Shown piece after piece: positions 13,900 through 27,647 of a stretch of DNA of 64,000 bases (position 1 is its first letter; every line of letters starts with the position of its first letter). Position numbers and translations under genes: made by a program. The notes under the pieces are model-generated. The model was not told where the DNA came from, did no database searches, and saw only the letters and a program-made list of their open reading frames with translations. This DNA comes from Camelus dromedarius (taxonomy: Eukaryota), in the NCBI RefSeq assembly GCF_036321535.1, contig NC_087437.1, positions 13,642,001 through 13,706,000 on the forward strand. The letters are read 5' to 3'.

Positions 13900-14040
13900 C
13901 ACAACACTACTGACACAGGTATTATTTTCCTGACTTTATAGGTATAAATACCAGAGCTCAGAGATGACATAATATGCTTAAGATGACACAGGTAACAGGA
14001 GGCAGAACAGAGGTTTACGTTCGGGTCTGTGTGGATCTGG
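13900..14040 (-). mobile_element. MIR SINE
   Basis: caggtattattttcctgactttatagg...gctcagagatgacataatatgcttaagatgacacag. Confidence 0.65.
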
Positions 14041-15444
14041 GCAGGTGCTATTTCTGACAAGTCATGTCCAAAATCAGTCAAGAGAGAAATAAAGCAAGGC
14101 GACCAAGGGGCACAGTCCAGAAGTTCCCTGGCCATGGAGATTCCACATCCTTAGGTCACTTCTTTGAAGTTCCAGATTCTTCTATCCTGCCTTCCCTCCC
14201 AACCCTTAACATCTCTCTTTCAGCAGTGTGAGCCTCCAAAGTGCCTTAACAGGCAAGCAACTAGGGTTTGGGAAACATGCCCTGAGAGTTTCAGACACCT
14301 CCCAGCCCAGGAGAGTGCTAACTGGAAATTCTCTTCACCATCTCTCATCTCCACACAGGCTCTAATTGATTCCGCGGTCTTTCCCATGAGATTTTAAGTC
14401 AAGCCTCCTTAACCTGACCTTCTGAGTGTCATACAGTTTTAGTACAGAAGGTAATCTTAGAAATACTTTAATTCAAAGCCGCCTTTCACAGGTGACAGCT
14501 CTGAAGTCACAGAGAGGAAGTGACTCCTTCAAGGTCACACCTTATGATTTGCAGGTAATACTGGGGGGAAGCCATTGTCTGATTATTCTTAGGAGCCAAG
14601 GAAAGTGCCAAGGGGCACAGCTGTGGAGCTGGGACGGGTTTCACACATGAAAAGCTAGATTATCTTACTAACTTCTGAGCAGGAGACCATCACATGCTTT
14701 CAGGCCTGTTATACTGACTGAGCAGAGCATTTTGCCATTAGCGTATTTGGTTTAACCCCTTTGCCTCTAATGCCCACAAGCAGTCCCTTTTTTCTAATGT
14801 CACGGCCAGCTGTGATCTAACATTTCAGCAAATTAGAAAGTAATTACCTCAATAATGGATTAGTTGCTGAGTTTAATCACTCTGAAAAAGTACTTGTCTT
14901 TTCCATTTATGGAATAATCAAATGTTGCATTTCTGTGTTGGCCCATCATTTAAAGGTCCCAAAGAACTTTATGACTTTGCTGACATAGACTGACGTTAAC
15001 AATAGATGGATAGAGCCAGAGCGTCTGCAAGAGGGAAGTAAGCCTGGTCACCAACAACATTCCAGGAGTGATTTTATAATTATCCAGGTAAGGAGTTAAC
15101 AGCAAACAAGCCAGCCAAGTTTCACATCCTGGGGTTTTTCAATTGTCAAAATCAAATGAGTAAGATATAATCAGTATTTTTATCAATCATAGCCTTATCC
15201 TCTCTCTTTCCAACCACTGGACTTATCCAATTTCTCCATTTCTGCCTAAGCATAGTGAAATTCCCTGCTAGTTCTATTTCGTCCCACCTCAGGCAGGAAG
15301 TCGGGTTTCCAGTGCATGCCCCACTCCATGCAGAATTCCCAGTCCCCTCGCCTACCTCTATAAGGCTAGCAAGCTTCCAATATAACTAAACATCAAATTC
15401 TCTGTAAGAGATCCATTGGCAGGTCATTAACCGTGGTCATGGTA

Positions 15445-16050
15445 GTGCTGTAAAGCAAGCCACCCTGAAAATCAGGGGTTTAGAACAGCAGTCATGTGCT
15501 CTTGTGTCTGTGAGCTGGCTGATTTAAGCAGGGCTCAGCTAAGCTAAGCTCACTCACTCATTCTGCACCTTGCTGGGAGGCAGCTGGTCTGGCCCAGGCT
15601 AGCAGTGCTCCACAAGTCTCTCATCCTTCTCCTGGAACTAGCAGCTAGCTCAGACATGTTCTTCTTGTGGAGAAGGCAGAGGCACAAGAGTGAAACAGAA
15701 ACAAATCCATTTAAGACATAGTCAGTGGCAGAGTGCATGCCTAACATTCAGTATGTCCTGGGCTCAATCCCCAGTACTCCCATTATAAATAAATAAACGC
15801 ACAAACAAACAAACAAACCTAATTACCTTCCCCACCAAGAAACAAAACAAAACACGTTTTTAAAAAGAGCTAGTCTTAGCCCAGACATCATCTCTTCTAT
15901 CTCATTCTATTGACCAAAGCAAGTCACATGGCCAAACCCAAAGTCAGGAGGCAGGGAAGCACTCCTTGCCAACACTGGGAGGGCACTTACAAGGCACATG
16001 GCAGAGGACATGACTAAAGGGGAGGGTAGGTAATTAAGACCCACAACACT
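15445..16050 (-). mobile_element. MaLR LTR (MLT1), interrupted by a SINE
   Basis: attctattgaccaaagcaagtcacatggccaaacccaaagtcagg and other antisense MLT1 motifs. Confidence 0.75.
15724..15864 (+). mobile_element. tRNA-derived SINE, camelid Vic-1-like, 5'-truncated
   Basis: agtggcagagtgcatgcctaacat...gtcctgggctcaatccccagtac (tRNA A/B-box region), tail taaataaa...aaacctaattaccttcccc. Imperfect TSD aagacatagtc (15713-15723) / aagagctagtc (15865-15875). Confidence 0.8.
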
Positions 16051-17169
16051 GTCTCCCATGGCAAGGTTACCAGGGTTCTGCCCTTGACTCCCTTCCATTC
16101 TGCTCCTGGTGCTCTAGATGGAGATGCTTCATTCTCGCTTCTCCTCTAATGGCTCGTTGTCTCTCCAGGCCACTCTTTCTCTTCATTTGGTTGCCATTCT
16201 TTCCTCTCTCCTTCTCCTAAAGCAGCCTTATCTAAATCTCACAGAGGGAAAAACTTCAGTGAGCTTTTCAGTATGGCCACTATTAATGCAGAGAATCTCC
16301 TCCTTCATTTCCTGTTTCCCGTATCTACTGGTCTCCATTTGTATGCATAAAAATATCTGTTATATAACTAGAAGAAGATAGAGGAAACAGTGATGGAAAG
16401 TGAAGTATTTGAAGAAGAAAGGAAATGATGGCTGAGGTGGATAAACAGAAATCTACTCCCCACTGGTTTCTTGTCATTGAATTCGAGGGAGTCATTTAAA
16501 GGGGAGTGGATCAAAGAGGATTTTTAGGATATTCTGGATCCAAGGAGAAGTTCTTTGGGGTCCAGTTGAAGTGGAACGCAGATTTAGAAGGAGGTTCATC
16601 TACACACCTCTCTATAGGACAAATCACCATCTTTGGCATCCCAGGGACTGTAAGCAGAGAAGCAACCAGAGCCATAGCCATCCTCATTTTGCTGTGTTGT
16701 CAAGGAGATTTCTTAAAGCTGCTTATTAGACATCAGATGTAGCCAGTGGTTAACTCAGAGGAAGATCAATGGTACTTGTAACGCTGTCCTCCAGGACTGC
16801 AGGTGATAATATCCAGTTTGAAGAATTAGTCAAACATTAAACTAGGTCATTTAACATTATTGAAATCTTTAAATTAAAGGAATATTCAAAGCAGGACAAA
16901 GAAAAGATGGAAGGTGGCACTTGTTATAAAGTATTCACCTTTAGTTCATATTGACATCTACAAACAAAAGGAGAAACAGAAAATGAAATTTAAGAGCCAT
17001 TAGCTGTATAATCCAGGTAATCCCAAATATTTAAGGTAAGGTCACTGAAAAAACAGAAAAGTACATATTTGAAAAAGAAAAGAGCTTTTTCTTACATAGT
17101 TCTTCTCTCATTCATTAGTTAATGTGACAAATTATACTTTTTATATTCTTTAAGATTTCTCTATTTCAA

Positions 17170-18420
17170 GTAGTGTGATGAGCCGTAGATACAGCCATAA
17201 TAAAAGCAGCATAGATTTTGTTTCTTCCCAAAGTCCCTTATAAAAAATAGAGCAACCAGAGAACAATACCAAAACCCACAAAAAACATTTACAACAAAAT
17301 TAAGTGTCAGTTTCTCTAAAACACAGCCAGCTTCTAGCACTGAAGGAACAAACAAAGAATGACAAATCCAGTAGCAAGGAATGTCCCTAGGACCTAGATT
17401 GCTGGCCAGACCAGGAAATGCATAAGATGAGATGAGAAACTCCTATTACAGAGTAAGAAGTATAGCAAAAATCAAGGTTCATGTGAAAACAGACTCATGT
17501 GCCAACTTGAAGCAGTTCCCACCGGCCAAACTGGACACAGATCGAGCTTCAGTGAAGGTAAGAATCGCAAACTCATCACATATCTTAAGTCTGTGAATGA
17601 ATAATGCTACAAAATTGGTCACTTTCAAAGGATAACAGGAAACAGATTTTGTTGATGTTAAAAACTGAACAAATCAAGCATCTATTCTGCCTTTCCTACG
17701 TGAAAGGTATGAACCACTGGGTAACCAAACAGATGACAAGGGGAAGGATCTCAGCTAACAAATGCAAATAAAATGATAGAATTGGAATATCACCACTCAC
17801 AACTCCCAAGTAATCAATGGATCTAGGCATCAATCCCTAAAAGAAGAGATTATAAACCAGAGAGTATGCACCTTCTGATAAAAGAACACATCGCTAGAGT
17901 CTGGCCAAAGGGAATGATATCGAGTCTGATCAAACCTGATTCTGTTGTAAATGTGCAGAAAATAGTGAGGGATAGAGTTGAACTGCACCATCATTATACC
18001 ATCCATAAAATCCAGAATGCAAATCTCTGCAGGTCAAGTAGCCTAGGTTTTTTCACAGATAAAGTGTAAGGAAGATAAAAAGACAGAAAGGCAAGCTCTT
18101 GATTTAAAAAGAGACTTAAGACCTTTTTTTTAATTGGAAAAGTTTAAACTATTGTGTTAAGGAATGGACATTTGAGAGAGGAAACCATAAAGAAATACAA
18201 GGACATTATTATTCAAAAGTTAAGATGGCACTTATTTTTGAAATGTGAAACGGTCTGCAGCTGGGATGAGGTGCATGGAAGCTTTCTGGGGTGCTAGCAA
18301 CATCCTTTTGGTTGACCTGGGTTCCAGTTCCATGGGTGTTGACCTTATAATAATTCATTGAGATGTACATTTGTTTCCTCTGGCTGTCCTTATCTACATC
18401 TTCTTTTATAATAACCAAAG
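17170..18420 (+). mobile_element. Old L1 (L1MC/MD/ME-like) 3' region, fragmented
   Basis: aatcaatggatctaggcatcaat, aaaagagacttaaga and ctttctggggtgctagcaa...ttgacctggg motifs. Confidence 0.6.
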
Positions 18421-18944
18421 TCAATGATCCTGGGTCAGCCAAAAGGAGACAGAATGTCAGCCATTGGCAAACATGAGACCCTAGAGGCAGCAAAGTGTCA
18501 GAGAAAAAGCTGTTGGGAAGCTACGACTTCCACCAAGCAAAACACACTGACACTCCAACCGCTAGACAAACACAGAGAAAGCAGTCATAGAGATATTTAA
18601 AAAATAAAGTATCAATGAATTTAATCAAGGAGTTGAGGATTGCCCCCTCACTCCATATTCATAAAGATATCCATATTCATAAAGTGAGAAATAGAATCCA
18701 CTAAATGGAAATGTATTTTGTCACCAACTTTTCTGGAACAGCTCTATTGTGGGAGCCCTGAACTGCATTTTTTCAGTCCTCTGACAGATGGCTATCAAAC
18801 TTTGTCAAAGACTGCTCCCTCATAGTGAGCAATAGTGACCCTTCAGTGAATCAATTTAAACAAAGTAACATAAATGGGCAATTCAATTTGTCCATCCTGT
18901 GACCCTCCAGTGTAGAGGGGTTAATGCATTGCCCTTTCTTTTAA

Positions 18945-19085
18945 TTAAAATATATTTGACATAAAATATTGTATAAATTTAAAGTGTAGAAAATGTTGAT
19001 TTGATATTTATATATTGTAATGTGATTGACATTGAAGCAGTAATTTTCACCTCCATCACTTCACATAATTATCATTACTTTTTGA
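18945..19085 (-). mobile_element. Short L1 3' end
   Basis: ttaattaaaatatatttgacataaaatattgtataaatttaaagtgta...ctccatcacttcacataattatcatt. Confidence 0.7.
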
Positions 19086-19242
19086 GGTGGATTGCCCTTT
19101 CTTGAAGGAAGTGCCTCTCCATGCCAAGTCAGCCAAAAGGGGTGAAATGTGAGTTCTCACTCCAGGGCAGGTAGAGTAGGTCTGATCCGTATTCCTACCT
19201 AGACACTTCCAAAAGCAGATGAGATGTTTAGACTGTGCTAAT

Positions 19243-19734
19243 TGTGGTAGATTGAATTAAAGGTGTCATTTCTTTACCCATCCTTCTATTCACATCCTTG
19301 GTCCTGTAACTGGGTAGTTCTTCCTACAAGAGGTGCAGGGTACTTTCCCTTCCTCTTCATGTTGGTCTTGGCCAAGAGAATGGCCAAGAATGGAATATGG
19401 GCAAGAGTGGTAGGCCGCATGCTAATTCCAAGCCTCAGCCTTAAAAAGCATCACTTGTTCCTTCTTCCATCTTGCACTTCTGCTATTAGTATGAGAAGAG
19501 TTGCCCCAGGTTACTGCTGCCCTCAGCCCAGGTCCTGGAATGAGTAGACATGAAGGAGACCTGAGACCAAAATGCAGTGGAAGATAAGCCCATACTCATA
19601 ACTTGAAGCAGAGCTGCCAGCCAAACCCAGACTCAACCAGTTGACCAACAGGCACATGAACAAAAATAGATGATTGTCATTTTAAACCCCTCAGTTAGGG
19701 GTAGTTTGTTACATAGCAATAACTAGCTGATACA
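19243..19734 (+). mobile_element. MaLR LTR (MLT1H/J-like)
   Basis: tgtggtagattgaatta start; tttgttacatagcaataactagctgataca end. Confidence 0.8.
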
Positions 19735-21309
19735 CCAACTATGCTGGTATAATATGTAATCAATCACTCCTTAGGATTTCAGCCTTTGTCTTATTTGTTC
19801 TATAGCTAAAAGCCAAAGTGTTTCATTTTCCATATTTTATTCTCCCCTTATTTTGCCCTCTCCCTTACCTCCCTGTTGTAGACTGAAAAAGAGAATAATG
19901 CAGTCCAGGATTCAGCAATAAAATTCATATGTATTCACTGTAGCCTTCATCTCTGGCCTCATCTTTCATTCCTTTTCTCTCCTCATAATGGTGGGATCAT
20001 GGTCCCTCACAGGGCCTGTGTGAGTGGAGTACTTGTTATTCCCCACATTTGTCTTTTGCCTCTATTCCTAGATAAGGGTTGAGAGTAGAGTATGGGTGGG
20101 AGAGAAAAAGGAAAAGAAAGCTTTATTACTGTTATGTTCCATTTTAAACTTCATCTCACCTACAGCCCATGTTGTCATTTCTGAACCATCATTCTTTCCT
20201 ATGATTCATTTTTGCATGTTTTGTCATTGCCAATTTTGCAATTTCAAGACACTGTCAAGAAATAGGCCAGGCAATAAAGAAGAAAGAAAGAAATGAGGAG
20301 AAAGTTGTTGCTGCCTTTCCCACCAGACACATTACAAGGCAGTGAAATTTCCAATAATCCTTCCAGAGGCAAACAAGCTGCTACAAGAAGACATCCATCC
20401 AGGACTCCCTGTCATCCTGGGAATCAGGATGAAATGATAAATGACTCTCATTCATCCTGGGCATGTGGGTCTCTTCCCTGGTGTGAGGAGGGGGTGGGGT
20501 TAGGGGTAGCCTCTGGACAAGGGCTGGATGACCAAGACCACCACTGAGGAGGAGAGTGACCATGGCAATAGGTGCCACCTTCCCCTGGAAATCTCTCTCC
20601 TCCCTTCCTTGTGGCTGGGCTACAGCCTGGTAGCTACCCTGGCTGGATCTCCCATTCCTGGTGCTCCAGGGCAGTGAAATCTCATGCATGGAGTATCCCA
20701 TATCTTTGATTCAGGGAATTCTTTGAATGAACACTTTTTTACAAGGACTAAGCAAGAGTTGTGTGATTACAGCATCACACCTAGAGCTGGCCAAAGAACC
20801 CTTATAAGCCAATGTCTTTAAATCTACCATTCAATTACCCCAGAAATAGTTACTGAAGGAAGGAAACTGAATATTGCCTGTTTGTCAAGAATTTTATATA
20901 TTTTATTTAATTCTCATGGCATCCTTATAAAATATGCATTTTTATTCCCATTCTACTGATGAGGAGAATTAAGGGTTCAGTTGCCTTACTTAAGGTTAAA
21001 AATCTGGTAAAAGGCAAAACGACTTGTGGGAAAAACAGGATCTCTTTTACAGAGTCTTTGTAAAGAGAAAATGTGTTGCTTTTTTGTGGAATCATGTGGT
21101 ACTGAGGTGTGCGAGAAAGTTTCGTGTCCTCCTCCTCATCCCCCAACACCTACTCAACACACAGGACTCTTCTCGTCCACTCGTTCATTCATTCTTTCCA
21201 CAAACTCATACAGGACCTTCTCTGTCATAGACTGTGCCAAGCACCTTGAAGAAAGATACAGAGGTTTTCAGATTGCATATAACACGTCAGTCTCCTCTGC
21301 AGGGGGCTT

Positions 21310-21702
21310 TGTCACGAACATGAATTTAACTCTCATTAAAGTAACCAGATTATACGCAAGATGATGTCACGCTTGCTAAGCTCCACATCAGCAAACCAAA
21401 ACTTAACTAAATTTCTATACAGTCCCAGAAGAGGAAGTCCTAGGTCAACCAACCTGCTCTTTCCTGCTGGCACAAGTTACCTAATTCAGCCCCAAGACTT
21501 TGCTTCATCTAGGAAAGCAGCCCTGCTTTAACCAGTTCGTAAAAGGAAGTGTAACTTCCTTCTTCCTGTTCACTTTGGTCTACCGCCCTCTAGAGGTCTT
21601 CAGACCTTTCTGTCCGCTAGATTGGATGCTGCCTGATTCATGGATTGATGAATAAAAGCCTACTAGATTGGCAAATTGTCTGTGGAAATTTTTCTTTTAA
21701 CA
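21310..21702 (+). mobile_element. ERV1-class solo LTR
   Basis: TG...CA termini, AATAAA near 21651, typical end ggaaatttttcttttaaca. Confidence 0.6.
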
Positions 21703-22319
21703 CTCTATATGTGGACAGCACCATTTGCCAGGCCGTCTTGCCACCTAGTACTCCTGGTCACCCCAGTGTGGGTGCCACGCCCTGCTTTCTTTCCTCAGGC
21801 CTCCCCGGACAAGCTGTGTTTTCCCCTGGGGAGAAGGCTGACTTGTGCTTGGAATGGGGGATAAGCGGGATCCAGTCAGAGTTTCCAGTCTTCAGTTCGT
21901 TATGTCATATTGACGTGGAAATTTTAATTTGAATTCACCTCTCATCTGCACTAATGATGATGAGATGCAATCCAGGTATCAGCTCAGATCAGGGGCTTGT
22001 TAACTTTCTAATAAGCTCTTTGTGGTCACTGTGCATATAAAAGGCACACCCTAATGACAACTACTTAAACTCCACTTTGTCTTATTCACTTTTAATTATT
22101 TGGGTCTCTCTGTTTTCACCTGCATAGCAAACCCTGCTGAACCCAGCATGGGCACCGAACCAGCAGGCAGATCTCAGCTACTCAAGTTACACTTCTAGTA
22201 TCCTGCAGCCGCCTCCAGCACCAGCTGTAACCACCAGCTGTAGCCTCTTTCTCTCCAAACTCGAAGATGTCCCCTCTGACCCAAAGCCACTCTGCCACCA
22301 TCTCAGGCCCATCGCAACC

Positions 22320-22720
22320 TCCCATTCATTCATCCATTCAACTAATAAGTCTTTAGCACATCCACCTGGTGTCAGCTCTGTGCTAGACTTTAGCATGGGA
22401 AGAGAGCACCCCTGCCTTCCTGGAACTTTCAGTACTTAGGGAGGCACACAAGTCAACAGGCACCCACCAGTGTGACAGGCGCCATGGCAGGGAAAGTGAG
22501 GGTGTTCTAAGGACACAGGAGGGAAACCTGACCCAGCTCAATGACAGCATGTACGCTTTCCTGAGGAAGTGACGTTCTAGTCCTACACCTGAAAGAAAAT
22601 TTAGGGTTAACCAGGCAAAAGGAGTGTGCTTATGGAAGAGGGACCCAAGGGAAAATGAGGAATTGAAAGGATGTTTTAGGCAAGGGGAGATGTGTATGGA
22701 AAAGCTTCCAAAGTGTACAA
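22320..22720 (-). mobile_element. L2 fragment
   Basis: cattcattcatccattcaactaataag L2 tail (antisense) followed by ccctgccttcctggaactttcagt. Confidence 0.75.
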
Positions 22721-23619
22721 GAGATGGGTATTCTCTAGAAATTTTTTTAAAGGTTCCGTATTTTTTCAATAGAAGATATGGCTCAGAAAGATAATGTTAG
22801 AAGACAAGGCTTATTCTGATCTCCTTGCTCCATGTGAAAGAATTTGGACTTAATTATGAGCCAGGTTCCCACCATAGATCATGCTAGAATAACAATGATT
22901 ATCCACATTCTACTTTCGGAAGCCTGGTTTATTGCCCTCTGTCCACATGGCCAAAGAGAGATCAGAAAATGGAGATTATTTTTAAAGATTTCAGTTAAGG
23001 TACTTATCAGCTTTCTGTGGCAATATTGTAACAGTCATCCCTGCTTCCACCTCCTCCTTATTCCATCACGCTGACCCCACGCCCTCAAAGAGCTGCCCAG
23101 TCTAGTGGGGTGGGTTAGATGTATGTATTGTGTAACCCTTATGAGCCCAGATACCTATGTGTCCAGCCTCAGGGTAATGCCAGGGTTAAAGAAACAGAGC
23201 AAAGCAATTAAAAAAAATTTCATCGTAAGTCAAAGTGTTTCTTGACATAAACATTGCAACTGAAGTTTTTAAAATACTGATCCAAAGACAAAGTGTATGA
23301 AAAGCTTATTAAAATCTCCCTTCCTTTACTGTCGACTTAATTCCAGGCGCCATAGCTGATCCAGAACTTTTCTCTTTAAATACCACACCTGCACTTCTCT
23401 TCCACCCCTGATTTATAAAGTTCCCTTCTCTTCTCTAAGAAAAAGCCTTCTTCCCCGGATCTAACCTGTGGGCCTCTTGTTTGCTTTCCCATTGGATATG
23501 GAGCTAAAAAATTTAGATGCTTTGGGCCGTGAGGATTCAGGAAATCTGACTAAAAATGTGTTGATAAGGATTCCCGTTACTGTTTATACAATAGATTAAT
23601 ACCAAAACAATTTCCCCAT

Positions 23620-24480
23620 TTTTGGGTTTACAGCTAGACTGTGTCTCCCAGCATCTCTGCAGTCAGATGAGGTTACCTGTAAATTTTTAAATTCTCTTCC
23701 ATGGAATATGAGCAGAAGTGATACGTCACTTCCTGACCTGGCCTGGAAAACCCTCTAATGTACATTTTCCCATGTTCTTTCTCTTCCCAGTGGCTTGGTA
23801 CCAAGGAGACAGCAGAGAAACAAGATGGAAGAAGCCTGGGTCCCTGAATGACTAGATGGAAAGAAAATTATCCCCTCTGGCTTGAATATCATTATATGAG
23901 CAAGAAATAAACAATTGCCTTAAGCCGCTGAATTTAAGGGGGTTGATTTTTAATAGACACTTAGTTTACCCTAGTAAATTATTTCACTGCATAAAAGAAA
24001 AGAGACAGGAGCAAAACCGGGGTTGAGTTGGCATCTCGGTGATAGGACATCATTGGATTTAGACTCTTTCTGCTTTCCCTGCTGTGCCCAGTGTACTGAC
24101 AAAATCTCCTACTATGGCTGCAAGATACCTCTGCTGCAAGCCTCACATCCTTGCTCAAACTGTCCAGCAGGAAAAACTGTAAGGACTTCTCATATATATT
24201 TTATCATATATAAATCATATATATATATCTTTTATCAGGAAGTAAAACTCTCTCTAGAACCCCTCAGCAAACTTCCCTTATGTTTCACTGGCCAGAACTA
24301 GGTCACATGCCCCCAATTAGCCGATGAGTTGAGAGCACAATGACTAGACACAGCTAGCTGATTCACTCCCCAGCACTGGGGAGGCCCCCATTTAACTAGG
24401 AGTTCCACGACCTGTCTGGTGCCTGACCAAAGCTGGGTTCTGTTAGCAAAGAAGAATGAACTGGTGCCGTATAGGAAACC
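23620..24480. mobile_element. Two adjacent MLT1J/K-like LTR fragments in opposite orientations
   Basis: caagatggaagaagcctgggtccctgaatgact (plus); cactggccagaactaggtcacatgcccc (minus). Confidence 0.7.
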
Positions 24481-24949
24481 AACAGCGTGGCCACAGCGTT
24501 TCCCTTTCAAGCCTCCAAATTCTGCATTACAAAGGCCCAGTGAAGCAGTCCATCAGTGACAGGATCCTATTAGGATCTGGGGAATGTAGACGGGCAAAGT
24601 CAAGGTCTCTAGCAGAATGCAGTAAGGGGCTGGAAACTCTCACAAGTTTATGATTTCTGCTGCTTTATAATGATAACACAGGGCATACCGTGCTGAATAG
24701 TATGTAGGGAAACACGAGTAAAGGAGTACAGGAGATTAGAAGCAGGAGAGAGAACCTACAGTTGGAGAGATTGGACTGATCATTTGGACGAGTCCTTAAG
24801 AGTTAACTTACACTGGAGGGAAATATGGGGTTTAAATTCAAACAAAAGGAAGAACGTCATCACAGGCACGGAGGGGGAATTTCTGAGAAGAGAGGGGAGC
24901 GGCAGTAGCAGAATAACTCCATGTGTACCAGGAAGGCTTTTTCCTCCCT

Positions 24950-25680
24950 TATCCCTCATCAATCCATCAGTCAATCTGATTAGCTCTGCTTACACAAGTT
25001 ATTAAGATCTTCAACCACTTCCTCCAACCTTGGTTCAAGCTACCATCATGTATCATCTTGGTAATTGCACTAGCCTCCTCTCTAATCTCCACACTTCCAT
25101 CCAACTCTACCACAGTCCGTTCTCAGCACAACAGCCAGAGTAAATCTTTTATAATGGGAGTTGGATCTGGTTTCCCCTCTGATCAGATTCTCCACTGGTT
25201 TCCCACCTCAGTGAACGGGAGACCTTCCATCCTCCAACTACATTTCTGACCTCACCTCGTCCCATTCTCTGCTCTGATCATTCCTCATCAAGTCCTAGGG
25301 GACACTTCACTGTTCTTCAAACATGTAACACCACACTCCTGCCTCAGGGCCTTTGGACCTGCTGTTTGCTTGCTTAAAATACTCTTCCCCAGGCATTTGC
25401 AAGGCTGAGTCACACTTTCAGATTTGTGCTCAAATGTTGGTGAATTCTACCCTGACCACTGAATGTAGAATAATATCCCCACCTTTATCCACAGCCTTTA
25501 TTCTGCTTTAATTTTTTAATGTTTCTTTTCATGCTTATTTGTTTTACTTGTTTTTTGTTTGTTTATTCCTGTCTCTTATAATTAGTTACAAGCTTTATGG
25601 GGACCAGAATTTTGTTTTGTTCGCTACTGTGACCTGTGTCTAGACCAGTGCTGGACTCATGGTTTAATAAATATTCATGA
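24950..25680 (+). mobile_element. L2a-like 3' region
   Basis: caagctaccatcat...cctgcctcagggcctttggacctgctgtt...tagaccagtgctggactcatggtttaataaatatt. Confidence 0.85.
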
Positions 25681-25689
25681 GCAAAATGG

Positions 25690-25862
25690 ATGCGGTCCCC
25701 TGGACCAGTGGCAGCAGCATCACAAGGAACTAGCCAGAAATGCAAATTAGTGACCCTCAGCTCAGACCTCCTGAACCAGCAACTCTGAGGGCGAAGGCTG
25801 GGAAACTATATTTAACATGCCCTCCAGGCAGTTCTGATGCTTACAAAGTTTGGGATCCACTG
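25690..25862. mobile_element. MER5A hAT-Charlie MITE
   Basis: gcagcatcac...agaaatgcaaatt...cagacctcctgaaccagcaactctg...aaagtttgggatccactg. Confidence 0.8.
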
Positions 25863-27150
25863 AGCTTGCTAATACCTTACTTCCATTACATACAGACAGC
25901 GAAGTTTAAAGAGACAAAATTACTCTCTGGCGTGACGCACCTGCATTATAACTACAGGTGTAATCTGATACCTGCAGCTTCCCATTTAACCACAACACCG
26001 TGATGATTGCATTTGAGATTACCCTCCTCTCAGAAGAATTTTCATCCTTCCCTCCTCCTTAGATGCAGGCTACCTGTTTCCTGCTCCAAAGGCACTTCTC
26101 CGAACAGTTGCCAGAATGAGGCAAAAACTAAAACCATGTCAGAAGCAATCTGTCTGAGGCACGATCGTTTCTTGGCACTTCTATTTCCCCCCAAGGTGTG
26201 CTCTGCTCTTGAAATCAAGATGCCAGGAGGTCCCCTCCCACCAGCCCTGCCGGGGCACCTATTCAGGCTGCGCACATCACCGACCAAGCGCACCCACGGC
26301 TGCCACCTGGAGATTAATTGTTAGGAGAAACAAATCAACAGGATTCTGTGGGCTTGAAAGGCCTGCGTGATGAAGCTTTGACTGTTTCCTCCTTCCCCAC
26401 CTGTCAGCCTGATGCACTAACTGCTGGACCGGGGAGAAGTCACTGCTGAGGCTACCTGCAAAACTGCTATTGGAAAGCGCGGAGGCCTCTCCCCTCCGTG
26501 GCCTCCAGCACGGGGCACGCCCCTCACAGCACATCCTTCCAAGATGCTTTCCCAGAGCTTGGGCCTCTAGGCTTTCTGCCCTCCTCCTCCCTCCCCACAC
26601 TCCCGACCTTGGCCTTCAGCGGTGGTCTATGCCCCTGGTGAGCTTTAGTAAGCTTTAGCAGCCTCATGAGTGCACCCTCTCCCTGGAGAGTCAATAACCA
26701 GAGGACTAATAAAATTCGTGATTTGCCCTGCTGCTCTCACACCAGCCACCTGCTTTATTTCCTTCTTAAATTTCAGCCTCACTTGGAATGTTTTCTGTCA
26801 CATCAGACAATCTCCTATGGTTGAAGGTGGTGACACAAATTGGCTGCACAAACTCAGGAGCCTAACCCTTTTATTTATCTAGATGCTAATGACCACAGCC
26901 TAGTGGACCAGAAGAAAAGGAGACCGGGGTGGGGGCCGTCTGGACCACCGTCAGCCTCACCTAGAGGGGACACAAGGGCCTGCTCCACATCCTCAAGCGT
27001 CCGGGCTGCCAATTCAACATGTGCTTCTGGGAGTGAATCCACAAGGAAACCTCCAACAAGGGCCAGGAAGTGTCAGCACCCGTAAGTATGTAGTTTGGGG
27101 TCCCAGAGACATGTGGGAGCTATCCACTGACTCAGAAACACACATTCTTA

Positions 27151-27180
27151 AAACAACAACAACAACAACAACAACAACAA
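27151..27180. repeat. (AAC)n microsatellite
   Basis: About 9 AAC units. Confidence 0.9.
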
Positions 27181-27501
27181 AAAGGGTACTATGACCACCT
27201 TTTGCCGTGGAGAGTTTCTAGAAAATAAGCCACATACGAAAGAAAATGAACTAGAAAAAAAACAAAACAAAATTATTTAACATAAATAGTGTGCCAAGCA
27301 CGTTAAATATATTAGCTCTTATACAGTGCCCTTCAATTTCCTAAGAGGCTACGGAATGTAAGTAAAAGAGCATTAAGCTTGGACACTAACAGATCTGCAT
27401 TCAAATGTGACGGCCAAAAATCACTCTCGGCTGTTACCTTGAGTAAGTCAATTAAAGACAGTGGGCCTTCAATCACAGTGTGACAAAGGCGCCGCTGCGA
27501 G

Positions 27502-27647
27502 CAGTGGTTCTCAAACTGGCTGCCCATCGGAACCCCTTGGGGAGCTCCGAAAGTACTGAGGTCTTGACGTGGGATGCAGCCTGGACACTGGAATTGGCTG
27601 AAAAGTTCCCCAGGTGACTCTCATGCAGGAGAGTTTAAATGCCACTG
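27502..27647. mobile_element. MER5-family hAT MITE
   Basis: Terminal inverted repeats cagtggttctcaaact ... agtttaaatgccactg. Confidence 0.75.

Noticed and set aside
15724..15790. tRNA gene
   Set aside because: 5'-truncated and degenerate, with a SINE tail and TSD; it is a SINE.
18652..18684. Short tandem micro-duplications (also near 9711-9752, 41149-41172 and 59253-59271)
   Set aside because: Ordinary replication-slippage products with no array or spacer structure.
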